A stretch of DNA of 64,000 bases from Alphaproteobacteria bacterium. Lineage in GTDB: Bacteria > Pseudomonadota > Alphaproteobacteria > Rs-D84. The notes below the pieces were generated by a model, which made no database searches, had not been told where the DNA came from, and saw only the letters and a list, made by a program, of their open reading frames with translations. Shown piece after piece: positions 8,089 to 17,325 of the stretch (positions are counted from its first letter, which is position 1; every line of letters starts with the position of its first letter). The position numbers and the translations under genes were made by a program. The stretch is taken from contig JAFGMC010000006.1 in assembly GCA_016927735.1 (NCBI GenBank), positions 116,026 to 180,025 on the forward strand. Direction: 5' to 3'.

Positions 8089-8600
8089 TATTTTTTCTTC
8101 CTTATAATAAACCAACTAATTATATACAACCCAACACCTATTGCTATGAAAGTATCTGCAATATTAAATGCTGGCCAATGCAAACCGCCCACATGAAAAT
8201 CCAAGAAATCAACAACCGCACCAAATCTTATACGATCTATTAAATTTCCCAGCGCACCACCAACTATAAAAGCAATTGGAATTTTTTCGTGTTTGTTCGC
8301 CTTATTAAACAAATAGTGCAATAAGAAACCAATTACAATACCCGTCAGAACTATTATTATAATTGGTGCAGATTCCCCCAGTGACCTGAACATAGAAAAA
8401 GATGCCCCAGGATTCCAAGTAAAGACAATATTAAAGAAATCTGTGACCTGCCCCATCATGTACGGCACGGGAACTATATTCCATGCTGGACCAAATACAG
8501 GAACACCCCCAGTTATCAAATATAACAATAAACCCTTGGTAATTTGATCTAATAAAATTACACCTATTATAATTAACAATACTTTAATTGCATTTTTCAT
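8088..8600 (-). CDS. lspA: Lipoprotein signal peptidase (signal peptidase II)
   Basis: Motifs WNPGASFSMF, GGALGNLIDR, VVDFLDF and FNIADTFI, with four TM segments. The likely start is MKNAIKVLL at 8600; the ORF is open to 8648. Confidence 0.85.
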   Translation of the reverse strand: MKNAIKVLLIIIGVILLDQITKGLLLYLITGGVPVFGPAWNIVPVPYMMGQVTDFFNIVFTWNPGASFSMFRSLGESAPIIIIVLTGIVIGFLLHYLFNKANKHEKIPIAFIVGGALGNLIDRIRFGAVVDFLDFHVGGLHWPAFNIADTFIAIGVGLYIISWFIIRKKK

Positions 8601-8692
8601 GTTATACCTCATGTTTGAGAATATAGCAATTTGAAGCACTGAATGCAAATAATAATCGTCCCATTAAAATGAGACGATATGACTATTATAAT

Positions 8693-10399
8693 TTATTTTT
8701 TATCTGAAATATCTTCCAGTTTTTCGTAATTATTTTTACGTATTTCGGATATTATTTTTTCTATTTTTTCATTTTTAATACCAATACTGGACATTACACC
8801 TTCACCCAGCATAAATGATGATTCTACAGTTTCTGGCAAAGCCTCTTTTACCCCCTCTTTTAATAAGAGCTTTGACTCTTCCAAATTACGTGCACGCGCA
8901 AATATCTTAATCCGCGGCGAAATCGTACGAACTGCACGAACTGCACTTTTTGCAACCCACGCATTATCCAGTGCTATTACAACTGCACGTGTTTTGTTTT
9001 TTGCCAAACCAACATCAACCAAGAAATCTGAATTGCTGCTGTCGCCATAATAAACATTAAATCCTTTTTCACGACCAAAGATAACTGTATCGACATTAAA
9101 ATCAATCGCGACATATGGAATTTTTTCTGACTCCATCATTTGTGCTATTATTTGTCCGACACGACCAAACCCACAAATAATAACCTCTGGTTTTTCTTCG
9201 GTTTCACCCTTTTTATTAAATCTTCTGGATTTCAGACTTGAAAATAATTTTCCAGATCTTTGTATACGATCATATACAGCAAGTAAAATTGGTGTAATCA
9301 TAATTGATAATATTATTATAGCAGTCAAAATTTCCCCATGTACAAATGGTATTGCCTCGATTCCGCTTGATTTCATTGTCTGCAATATTAACAAACCAAA
9401 TTCACCACCTTGGGCCAAAATCAAAGCTATTAAAAAAGCTTCTCTGAATCTGACATGACGAACGCGTGCAACAATGTAAATTGCTGAAAATTTTATAAAA
9501 AACAACGCAACTACACCCAAGACAACAATTAACCAATTATCCATCAGCAGTTTTAAATCCAACCCCATACCAAGCGCAATGAAAAAGAACGCCAAGAACA
9601 AAGTGGCATATGGTGATATCTCGGCCTTGACCTGGTGTCTGTAAATTGTTTCTGAAAGCAACATACCAGCCAAGAAAGCACCCAATTCAGGTGGCAGACC
9701 AATAAACTGCAGTACTACTGCCCATAAAATAATATTCAACATAATTGTCAGCAAAAACAATTCTTTGGATTTCAGTTTTGTGACCAATCGCATAAGCGGA
9801 TTTATCAATAATCTACCAACAATCAAAACACCCAGAATAAGACCGACCGACATAACCAAAATATCAATTATACTGGCGCCCAGATTTATAGATTTTCCCG
9901 CGAATATTGGCAACATGGCCATTAATGGAATTGATAATAAATCTTGAAACAACAATATTGAAAATGTTTGCCGACCCAAACCTGTATGTAATTCATTTCT
10001 TTCAGCCAGAATTTCCAAATCTGTTGACGTACTGGACATTGCCAACAACAGTGAAACCATAATTGTTCCCATAATTGTCCATTCTGTCAGACCGAAAAGA
10101 ATTGGAAACAACATAGTAACAACCATCATAACCTGTGCGGCACCGAACCCAAATATTGTGCGTTTCATTTGCCACAAGCGCTTCATATTCAATTCCAGCC
10201 CTATTGTGAACCACAAAAACATTATTCCAACTTCGCCCAAAAAGTGCCAAATATCAGATAATTGAAATAGCCCAAAAACATAGGGCCCCGACAAAACACC
10301 TGCCAATAAAAAGGCCAATAATGTACCAATCTTTGCCAAGCGCAGTATAAAAACCAATGCAAACGCAATTCCGAAAAATATAAGTATAGATGTTGCCAT
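8693..10399 (-). CDS. CPA2-family monovalent cation:proton antiporter with C-terminal TrkA-N/RCK domain (KefB/KefC-like)
   Basis: 568 aa with about 12 TM segments. A Rossmann-like segment VIICGFGRVGQIIAQ typical of KefB/KefC follows. Confidence 0.8.
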   Translation of the reverse strand: MATSILIFFGIAFALVFILRLAKIGTLLAFLLAGVLSGPYVFGLFQLSDIWHFLGEVGIMFLWFTIGLELNMKRLWQMKRTIFGFGAAQVMMVVTMLFPILFGLTEWTIMGTIMVSLLLAMSSTSTDLEILAERNELHTGLGRQTFSILLFQDLLSIPLMAMLPIFAGKSINLGASIIDILVMSVGLILGVLIVGRLLINPLMRLVTKLKSKELFLLTIMLNIILWAVVLQFIGLPPELGAFLAGMLLSETIYRHQVKAEISPYATLFLAFFFIALGMGLDLKLLMDNWLIVVLGVVALFFIKFSAIYIVARVRHVRFREAFLIALILAQGGEFGLLILQTMKSSGIEAIPFVHGEILTAIIILSIMITPILLAVYDRIQRSGKLFSSLKSRRFNKKGETEEKPEVIICGFGRVGQIIAQMMESEKIPYVAIDFNVDTVIFGREKGFNVYYGDSSNSDFLVDVGLAKNKTRAVVIALDNAWVAKSAVRAVRTISPRIKIFARARNLEESKLLLKEGVKEALPETVESSFMLGEGVMSSIGIKNEKIEKIISEIRKNNYEKLEDISDKK

Positions 10400-10472
10400 T
10401 TTCTCTCTCCCCCCGAACTGGACTTTTAATAGTTTTTATTATACCAAAATACAAATAATAAAACAATTTGCA

Positions 10473-11306
10473 TTATTCGTTTGATGCTAACTCTGAAAAT
10501 TTCTGTGGTGACAGTTCTTCTGCACGTTCTGTTCCCATCAGACCGAACCGCACCCAATCAAAATTTGGGATAATTCCACGTATCATTTTGCGACGCTGAC
10601 CGAACAGTTTTGCGGTCAACTCCTCTATCTTTGAAAGATTTTTTAATGCTTTTATTTTTTCTAAATTTGGAATTACTTGAACAATTGCTGATTGTACCTT
10701 GGGCTGTGGTACGAAAGCAGTATTTGGAACATTAAATAAAATTTTTGCATCTGCCACCAAACTTACCAGAACTGCCAAGCGTCCGTATTGTTTATCCCCA
10801 ACATGCGCAATTATTCTTTCTGCAACCTCGCGCTGGAACATTAATGTCATAGATGAAATTTGAATTGAACTGTCTTGTTTTGAAACATAATGCAACCATT
10901 GAATTAATAATTCTGTGCCAATGTTATACGGCAAATTTGAACAAATCGCAGCGTTTATACCAGACAACTTGTTTTCGCGAAATACACGCAATGCGTCGTC
11001 AAAAATTATTTCTAGCCTGCCGTCTGATGCATCACTTATTTTCGACAAAATTGGTTCTGTGGTTTTGTCTTTTTCAATTGCAATAACACGCGGTGCACCC
11101 GCCATTAATAAAGAACGTGTCAGACCACCCGGACCGGGTCCAACCTCTATCACAATAATATTTTCTATATCTGGAACACTGCGTGCGATTTTATTTGTCA
11201 GGTTTAAATCAAACAAAAAGTTTTGCCCGAACGATTTCTTGGGTTCCAGACCGGATGCCCGCATCATTTCACTGATTGGAGGTAAAGATTCAATTGAATT
11301 TTTCAT
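10473..11306 (-). CDS. rsmA: 16S rRNA (adenine1518/1519-N6)-dimethyltransferase RsmA/KsgA
   Basis: KKSFGQNFL, SAM motif VIEVGPGPGGLT, and SNLPYNIGT. Confidence 0.9.
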   Translation of the reverse strand: MKNSIESLPPISEMMRASGLEPKKSFGQNFLFDLNLTNKIARSVPDIENIIVIEVGPGPGGLTRSLLMAGAPRVIAIEKDKTTEPILSKISDASDGRLEIIFDDALRVFRENKLSGINAAICSNLPYNIGTELLIQWLHYVSKQDSSIQISSMTLMFQREVAERIIAHVGDKQYGRLAVLVSLVADAKILFNVPNTAFVPQPKVQSAIVQVIPNLEKIKALKNLSKIEELTAKLFGQRRKMIRGIIPNFDWVRFGLMGTERAEELSPQKFSELASNE

Positions 11307-11914
11307 ATATTCTTGCGTCCACCAAATGCCAATGACAGGGTGCCGTCATCCAGATAATCCAAATCCCCACCCAGTGGCACACCCGATGCCAGTTCTGAAA
11401 ATACAATTTTATTTATATTTCCCAACATGGACATAACGTAATGTTGCGTGGTTTTTCCTTCAACTGTATTTGGCAGAGCAAAAATTATTTCGGTTATGCA
11501 TTCATCTTTTATGCGTTTTGGTAATGTTGCTATATTTAAATCATCGGGTGTCACGCCACTGATGCCAGATATTTGTCCACCCAGAATATGATAACGACCA
11601 TGAAAAATTCCAGATTTTTCCATGGTCCAAACATCCCCCAAATCACGTACAACACACAATTGACCATTTGCACGTGACGCGTCACGACAAAATTCACAAT
11701 TTCCGTTTTCAATATCCGTCAGCGCGCCACATGTTGGACATGGACGCACAGATGCAGCAATATCACCCAAGGCCCGAGATAAGTTATCCGCCCGACCAGT
11801 TTTATCCTGTAACAATGCCAAAACTATACGTTGTGCAGAACGACCGCCAACGCGTGGCAACTTTGCAAATTGTTTAATAAGTTTTTCTATTTTAGAATTC
11901 ATTTTTTTATACAA
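11303..11914 (-). CDS. recR: Recombination protein RecR
   Basis: LPRVGGRSAQR helix-hairpin-helix, a C4 zinc finger CPTCGALTDIENGNCEFC, and a Toprim segment LCVVRDLGDV. It has a 4-nt overlap with rsmA. Confidence 0.9.
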   Translation of the reverse strand: MYKKMNSKIEKLIKQFAKLPRVGGRSAQRIVLALLQDKTGRADNLSRALGDIAASVRPCPTCGALTDIENGNCEFCRDASRANGQLCVVRDLGDVWTMEKSGIFHGRYHILGGQISGISGVTPDDLNIATLPKRIKDECITEIIFALPNTVEGKTTQHYVMSMLGNINKIVFSELASGVPLGGDLDYLDDGTLSLAFGGRKNI

Positions 11915-12012
11915 GTCATTATAACAATACCCAGCCTGTTTTCCATTAAATATTTACTTGAATTAAATAATATGATATAATTCCCATACAAAGAGAGAGA
12001 CTTAATAAAACA

Positions 12013-12546
12013 ATGAATGTAGATAACATTCCTTTTTATAACATTTTAAATATGGTATTTATCGGTATATTATTTGCCGTTGGTTTATTTATTCTGACAC
12101 CTGAAATATTTGTATTAAAAAGCATACCTTTTTTCGAATCTAATGAATTTCTAAAAACTGCGGTGGTGGTGGTTGTAATTTATTATGTCGGTTTTTTTAT
12201 TGATCGTACTGGCAGTCTTTTAATTGAAAAAATATTAAAAAATAAAAATCAACCAAGTAAAAGAAACTTTGTTTCACAGAAAATTCAAATGAATTGGCGT
12301 AATTATGATGAATACCAAAGGGCCGAAAAAAGCAGTGAAAATATAAAGATTTTGGCACGCGAATATACTTTTTCTCGTAATTCTATGACACTTTTTCTTA
12401 TATTAACAATTATCGCAATTTTTGTTGGTAATTGGGTATTTTGTTCATTTACATGGTTTGCGACAATATTTCTTTATTTCTCAACAAAGAAGCATGCCGA
12501 TAAAATCTCCCAACGTGTGGATTATTATAAAAAGAATCCAAAATAA
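12013..12546 (+). CDS. Hypothetical membrane protein, 177 aa (about 4 hydrophobic spans), orphan
   Basis: ORF with an upstream TGATATAAT box and a purine-rich leader. No family recognised. Very Lys/Asn/Ile/Phe-rich. Confidence 0.45.
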   Translation: MNVDNIPFYNILNMVFIGILFAVGLFILTPEIFVLKSIPFFESNEFLKTAVVVVVIYYVGFFIDRTGSLLIEKILKNKNQPSKRNFVSQKIQMNWRNYDEYQRAEKSSENIKILAREYTFSRNSMTLFLILTIIAIFVGNWVFCSFTWFATIFLYFSTKKHADKISQRVDYYKKNPK

Positions 12547-12550
12547 ATTA

Positions 12551-13654
12551 TTAATGAAATATATAACTATCTATACCAGACGCGGTGGCGTCTGATTTAA
12601 TTTTCTGCGCAGAATTATCCGAAATATTTTTTATACGTACACGAAACATACCATTTGGCGCAGATTCAATAATTGTATTAATTCCCAAAGAGTTTTTAAC
12701 ACGTGATTGTTGATTTGCTGCGGCATTACGTGAAGAAAAAGCACCGAATTGAACACCTGATGATCCAGATTTAACAGTTGGGACAAACGCCTGTTTATTT
12801 ACAACAACATCTTCTTCATAATTGGTTGTTTGAATAACAATTGGGGCGGCACCAATACCCGCCATTGAAAAACCCTTGTCCAACATTCTTATTGAAACCG
12901 ATGAACGAACGTCTTTATTTGCCGCCCCCAAAACAACGCTTATTAAATGTTTATTTCCACGTTTTGCAGTTGCAACCAATGAATATTTTGATTTATTTGT
13001 AAATCCTGTTTTCATCCCGTCACAACCAGGATATGATTTTAATAAACGATTCCCATTTGTATATGTTTTGCCGTTATAACTCCATGCGCTTATCCCAAAG
13101 AACTTCCAGTATTGTGGAAAATGCTTATAAACCGCCATTGACAGTAATGCAATATCACGTGCTGTGGACATTTGATCGTCATCCGGCAGACCAGAAGAAT
13201 TTTCAAAATTAGTTCGCGACAAACCAATTTCTGTTGCAACCTCGGTCATTAACGATGCAAAACTACCTTCTTTGCCACCCTTTAAATTTTCTGCCAAAAC
13301 GCGTGCAACATCGTTCGCACTGTGTACTGCCAATGCCTTAATCGCGTCTTCTACTTTTATTTTACTGCCAGCTGTCAAACCTAATTTTACAGGTGATGCA
13401 TTTGCGGCACTTTGTGAAACTATTAAATAGTCATCCAGGTGCAATCGTCCATGTTCCAGCGCATCAAAAGTCAAATAAAGTGTCATTATTTTGGTAAGTG
13501 ATGCGGGATAATTTAAATCGTTTGAATTTTCTTGATATAAAACCTGACCTGTGTCTATATCAGCAACCAAAGCTGCTTTATACGGGGCACCAAATGCAAT
13601 CCCAGACGTCATAAAAATAGTAAAAATACAAATAGATGTTAATCTCATTCTCAT
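12551..13654 (-). CDS. D-alanyl-D-alanine carboxypeptidase (S11, PBP5/6 type) with C-terminal SPOR domain
   Basis: Signal peptide, then SxxK (PASLTKIMT), SxN (HSANDV) and KTG (MKTGFT). The C-terminal stretch VQFGAFSSRNAAANQQ...MFRVRIKNISDNSAQ is SPOR-like. Confidence 0.8.
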   Translation of the reverse strand: MRMRLTSICIFTIFMTSGIAFGAPYKAALVADIDTGQVLYQENSNDLNYPASLTKIMTLYLTFDALEHGRLHLDDYLIVSQSAANASPVKLGLTAGSKIKVEDAIKALAVHSANDVARVLAENLKGGKEGSFASLMTEVATEIGLSRTNFENSSGLPDDDQMSTARDIALLSMAVYKHFPQYWKFFGISAWSYNGKTYTNGNRLLKSYPGCDGMKTGFTNKSKYSLVATAKRGNKHLISVVLGAANKDVRSSVSIRMLDKGFSMAGIGAAPIVIQTTNYEEDVVVNKQAFVPTVKSGSSGVQFGAFSSRNAAANQQSRVKNSLGINTIIESAPNGMFRVRIKNISDNSAQKIKSDATASGIDSYIFH

Positions 13655-13667
13655 GGATTTTATGATA

Positions 13668-13698
13668 CAAAAAATCCGCCCATTCGGTCAAGGGCGGA
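13668..13698 (-). terminator. Rho-independent terminator after pyk
   Basis: On the minus strand, the hairpin TCCGCCC-loop-GGGCGGA is followed by TTTTTTG. Confidence 0.5.
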
Positions 13699-13718
13699 TA
13701 TATCAATTTAACTGGTAT

Positions 13719-15089
13719 TTAATCTAGTATTCGAAGACTGATTTTTTCTTCGTCTACTATGACTAACTTGCCACTGTTAATACTGAAACTGCGTGCTGCA
13801 TTAAATGCATCACGTTGTCCAAACAGTTGATTATCACAAATTGGGAAAATACCACGTGATAAACATAACTGATTTGCAACTACATCTTCGTTACATACCG
13901 CAATAATTGGAATATCTGGACGACGACAAGAAATTTGTGTTGCTGCTATTGTATCACGTGCAAACACAACTATTACAGAGGCTTTGTTCAAATATGCCAT
14001 TGAAGCAACTGAACGTGACCAATCGTTTTCCGGTATATTTTCAACACGTGACCAATCATACGGATTATCTATTGCGTCTTTATCAGCATAGGTTAATATT
14101 TTTGACATTGTTTCAATAACATTGATTGGATTATCACCAATAGTTGTTTCTTCTGATGTCATTGTTGAATCCACACGCAGATAAGCCGCACTGGCAACGT
14201 CAGAAATCTCTGCACGCAGAGGGAATTCACTATTGACCATTGAACCCAACATTTGTGTTGCCATAATTACAGGTTTGTTTAATTTACGACATTCACGAAT
14301 TATTCGACGCGATATTGCAGGAACTTGTTCAAACGGAATTTCAACCGCCAAATCACCACGTGCAATCATAATTCCATCTGATACAGATGCGATTTCCACA
14401 ATTCTTTCTACTGCGTTTGGTCGTTCGATTTTTGATAATATTTTAACAGGATGTGATGTATGCGAGGTTATAAAATCGCGCACTTCTTCAACGTCTTCTG
14501 GTTTTTGAACAAATGAAATCGCAACCCAATCTGGATTTTTAGTCAAAACATATTCTAAATCTTCGCGATCTTTTTTTGTTAAAACTGATGTCTCAACTTC
14601 TGTATCGGGTAAGTTAAAACCACGACGTGACCAAATTTCATCGCCACGAATTACAGATGTTTCAACGGAATTTTTAGAAATCTTCTCGATTTTTAATTCT
14701 ATTTTTCCATCGTTCAATAAAACACGTTCTCCGATTTTTAATGATCTCAGAACATCTTCATCTGGCAATTGAACACGATCAGAGTTTCCAAGCGCAGAAT
14801 CATTATCTAATATAAATTTTTGACCAACTTTCAAAGGATATCTATCTTCGGTTTCAAAATTTCCGATACGATGCTTTGGTCCTTGTAAATCTGCTAAAAT
14901 TGCGACTGGACGACCAACTTCCGCAGATATTTCGCGAATCATATCAATTTTCTTTCCTTGTACATCACCTGTATCATGACTAAAATTCAAACGACATACA
15001 TTAACACCACCCTCTATCATTTTCTTCAAGACCTTTTTACTTTCACTGTTTGGTCCAATAGATGCTGTTATTTTTGTAAACTTATTCAT
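13719..15089 (-). CDS. pyk: Pyruvate kinase
   Basis: TKITASIGPNS..., NVCRLNFSH, MIARGDLAVEIP, and ATQMLGSM motifs. Confidence 0.9.
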   Translation of the reverse strand: MNKFTKITASIGPNSESKKVLKKMIEGGVNVCRLNFSHDTGDVQGKKIDMIREISAEVGRPVAILADLQGPKHRIGNFETEDRYPLKVGQKFILDNDSALGNSDRVQLPDEDVLRSLKIGERVLLNDGKIELKIEKISKNSVETSVIRGDEIWSRRGFNLPDTEVETSVLTKKDREDLEYVLTKNPDWVAISFVQKPEDVEEVRDFITSHTSHPVKILSKIERPNAVERIVEIASVSDGIMIARGDLAVEIPFEQVPAISRRIIRECRKLNKPVIMATQMLGSMVNSEFPLRAEISDVASAAYLRVDSTMTSEETTIGDNPINVIETMSKILTYADKDAIDNPYDWSRVENIPENDWSRSVASMAYLNKASVIVVFARDTIAATQISCRRPDIPIIAVCNEDVVANQLCLSRGIFPICDNQLFGQRDAFNAARSFSINSGKLVIVDEEKISLRILD

Positions 15090-15171
15090 ACATTAACTCT
15101 TTTTTTGTTTTACTTGATTTTTGCGTCTGATAATATAACATATAATACACGAAAAACAAGAGGAAACACAG

Positions 15172-15420
15172 ATGAAAAATGCAAATCACGGGGCTATTGA
15201 TAACAGCCAATTAACATCTATTATTGAAAGGGTTGAAAAACTGAATGAAGATACTGCAAATATTGCTGCTGATATAAAAGAAATTTATTCCGAGGCAAAA
15301 AGTGCTGGATTCGATCCAAAATACATTCGTCAGATGATTCGCCTGCGCAAGATGGATCCAGATGAATTAGATGAAACAGATGAATTAGTAAAAATGTATC
15401 GTGATGCTTTGGGTATATAA
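15172..15420 (+). CDS. UPF0335/DUF2312 family protein
   Basis: SQLTSIIERVEKLNEDTANIAADIKEIYSEAKSAGFDPKYIRQMIRLRK...MYRDALGI follows the alphaproteobacterial UPF0335 consensus almost position for position. Confidence 0.7.
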   Translation: MKNANHGAIDNSQLTSIIERVEKLNEDTANIAADIKEIYSEAKSAGFDPKYIRQMIRLRKMDPDELDETDELVKMYRDALGI

Positions 15421-15428
15421 AAGATAAA

Positions 15429-15743
15429 ATGAAGAAATTTATTAAAAACGTTGAAAATTTTACCTGCGCCCATTGTGGCGCAGTTGTAAAAGGTAATGGT
15501 TATACAAACCATTGCCCTGAATGTTTATGGTCACGTGATGTTGATATTAACCCTGGCGACCGTTCCAGTGATTGTGGTGGCATGATGAAACCGATTGCAA
15601 TCGAAATATGTAAAGACTATTTTATAATCACACATAAATGTGAAAAATGTGGAAAAATCAAACGACAACACAGTGCTTCAAATGATAACTCTGATAAACT
15701 GATTGAATTATCTACTAATCCAGATTTTATATTCGGTAAATAA
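15429..15743 (+). CDS. RNHCP-domain zinc-ribbon protein
   Basis: The pattern CAHCGAVV...YTNHCPECLWSRDVD...CGG.M...CEKCG matches the RNHCP domain. Confidence 0.6.
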   Translation: MKKFIKNVENFTCAHCGAVVKGNGYTNHCPECLWSRDVDINPGDRSSDCGGMMKPIAIEICKDYFIITHKCEKCGKIKRQHSASNDNSDKLIELSTNPDFIFGK

Positions 15744-17312
15744 TTACTTCTTTAACGCTGCTGCAACAAAAGCATTAAAAAATGGATGTCCATTGTACGG
15801 ACTGCTTTGAAATTCTGGATGGAATTGTCCTGCCATAAAGAACGGATGATCTTTTAATTCTATAATCTCGGGCAGTTTGCCATCTGGGGATTTTCCAGAA
15901 ATTATCATACCATGTTTTGCAATTTGGGATTCTAAATTCATATCCATTTCATAGCGATGACGATGTCTTTCATTAATTAAATCTGCACTATAAACTTTTT
16001 CTGCCAATGTTCCCGATTTTATTACACATGGATACGACCCTAAACGCAAAGTCCCACCCATATCTGCTGCATCATGATCAGACATTATATAAATAACAGG
16101 GGTACAATCATCAGTAAACTCGCTGGAATCAGCATTTTTAACACCCATTACATTTCGCATAAATTCAATCACCGCAACCTGCATTCCTAGACATATTCCC
16201 ATATATGGAATTTTATTTTCACGTGCATACTTTGCAGCTGCAATTTTTCCATCAATTCCGCGGGTACCGAAACCCCCAGGAACCAATATTGCATCAACAT
16301 CGCGAACCGCATCTTCTGAAAATTTTTCTGAATCAATCTTTTTAATATTTATATGAACATTGTTTTGAATACCTGCATGGAACAACGCCTCGTTCAACGA
16401 TTTGTAAGCATCAGGTACATCAAAATATTTACCAACCATACCAATTTTAACTGTTGGTAATTTATCTGATAAATATTTTTCTATTTTATGAAATCGGTGC
16501 ATATCCCCATCGGTTTTTTTCAATCCAAAATGATTTGCAATTATATCAAATACATTTTGTACCTTATAAGCCATTGGGATTTTATAAATATTATCAACAT
16601 CAATACCGCTGATAATATTTTCAGACGGTAAATTACAAAACATACCTATTTTTTTACGTTCTTCTTCTTCCAATTCACGGGGAGTACGCACAATCAGCAT
16701 ATCTGCCTGGATTCCGTTTTCCAATAAATTGCGTGCAGACATTTGGGTTGGTTTTGTTTTCAGTTCACCACTTTTTTCAAGGTATGGCGCCAGCGTCAAA
16801 TGAATAAACATAACATTTCTGCGACCAATATCATTGGCCAATTGTCGAATTGATTCCAGGAATATTTTTCCTTCGATATCGCCAACTGTACCGCCTATTT
16901 CACAAATGACAAAGTCTGCATCAACGGGCCGGGTTATATATTCTTTTATCTTGTCACTGACATGTGGAATCATTTGAACAGTTTTACCCAGGTAATCGCC
17001 GCGACGTTCCGCACTTAAAACATCCCAGTAAATACGTCCACCAGAAACAGAATCATTGCGTGACAACTTTATACCTAAGAATCTTTCGTAATATCCCAAA
17101 TCCAAATCAGTTTCATATCCGTCATCAGTCACATAGACTTCGCCATGTTGGAATGGGGACATTGTACCTGGATCTATATTCAAATAGGGATCCAATTTTC
17201 TTGCGTGAACTTTATATCCATGAGATTGAAGAAGGGCCCCACAACTTGCCGCTGCGACGCCCTTACCTAAACTTGAAACTACACCACCAGTTATAAAAAT
17301 ATATTTTGCCAT
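15744..17312 (-). CDS. pyrG: CTP synthase
   Basis: MAKYIFITGGVVSSLGKG N-terminus. The glutamine amidotransferase domain has GICLGMQ and the tail HPEFQS. Confidence 0.95.
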   Translation of the reverse strand: MAKYIFITGGVVSSLGKGVAAASCGALLQSHGYKVHARKLDPYLNIDPGTMSPFQHGEVYVTDDGYETDLDLGYYERFLGIKLSRNDSVSGGRIYWDVLSAERRGDYLGKTVQMIPHVSDKIKEYITRPVDADFVICEIGGTVGDIEGKIFLESIRQLANDIGRRNVMFIHLTLAPYLEKSGELKTKPTQMSARNLLENGIQADMLIVRTPRELEEEERKKIGMFCNLPSENIISGIDVDNIYKIPMAYKVQNVFDIIANHFGLKKTDGDMHRFHKIEKYLSDKLPTVKIGMVGKYFDVPDAYKSLNEALFHAGIQNNVHINIKKIDSEKFSEDAVRDVDAILVPGGFGTRGIDGKIAAAKYARENKIPYMGICLGMQVAVIEFMRNVMGVKNADSSEFTDDCTPVIYIMSDHDAADMGGTLRLGSYPCVIKSGTLAEKVYSADLINERHRHRYEMDMNLESQIAKHGMIISGKSPDGKLPEIIELKDHPFFMAGQFHPEFQSSPYNGHPFFNAFVAAALKK

Positions 17313-17325
17313 AAGTATTCCTCTT

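Noticed and set aside
15172-15743. Adjacent small genes (DUF2312 + RNHCP) considered as a toxin-antitoxin pair
   Set aside because: Both match widespread non-TA families, with UPF0335 conserved in alphaproteobacterial core genomes. There is no overlap or typical TA size and charge pattern.
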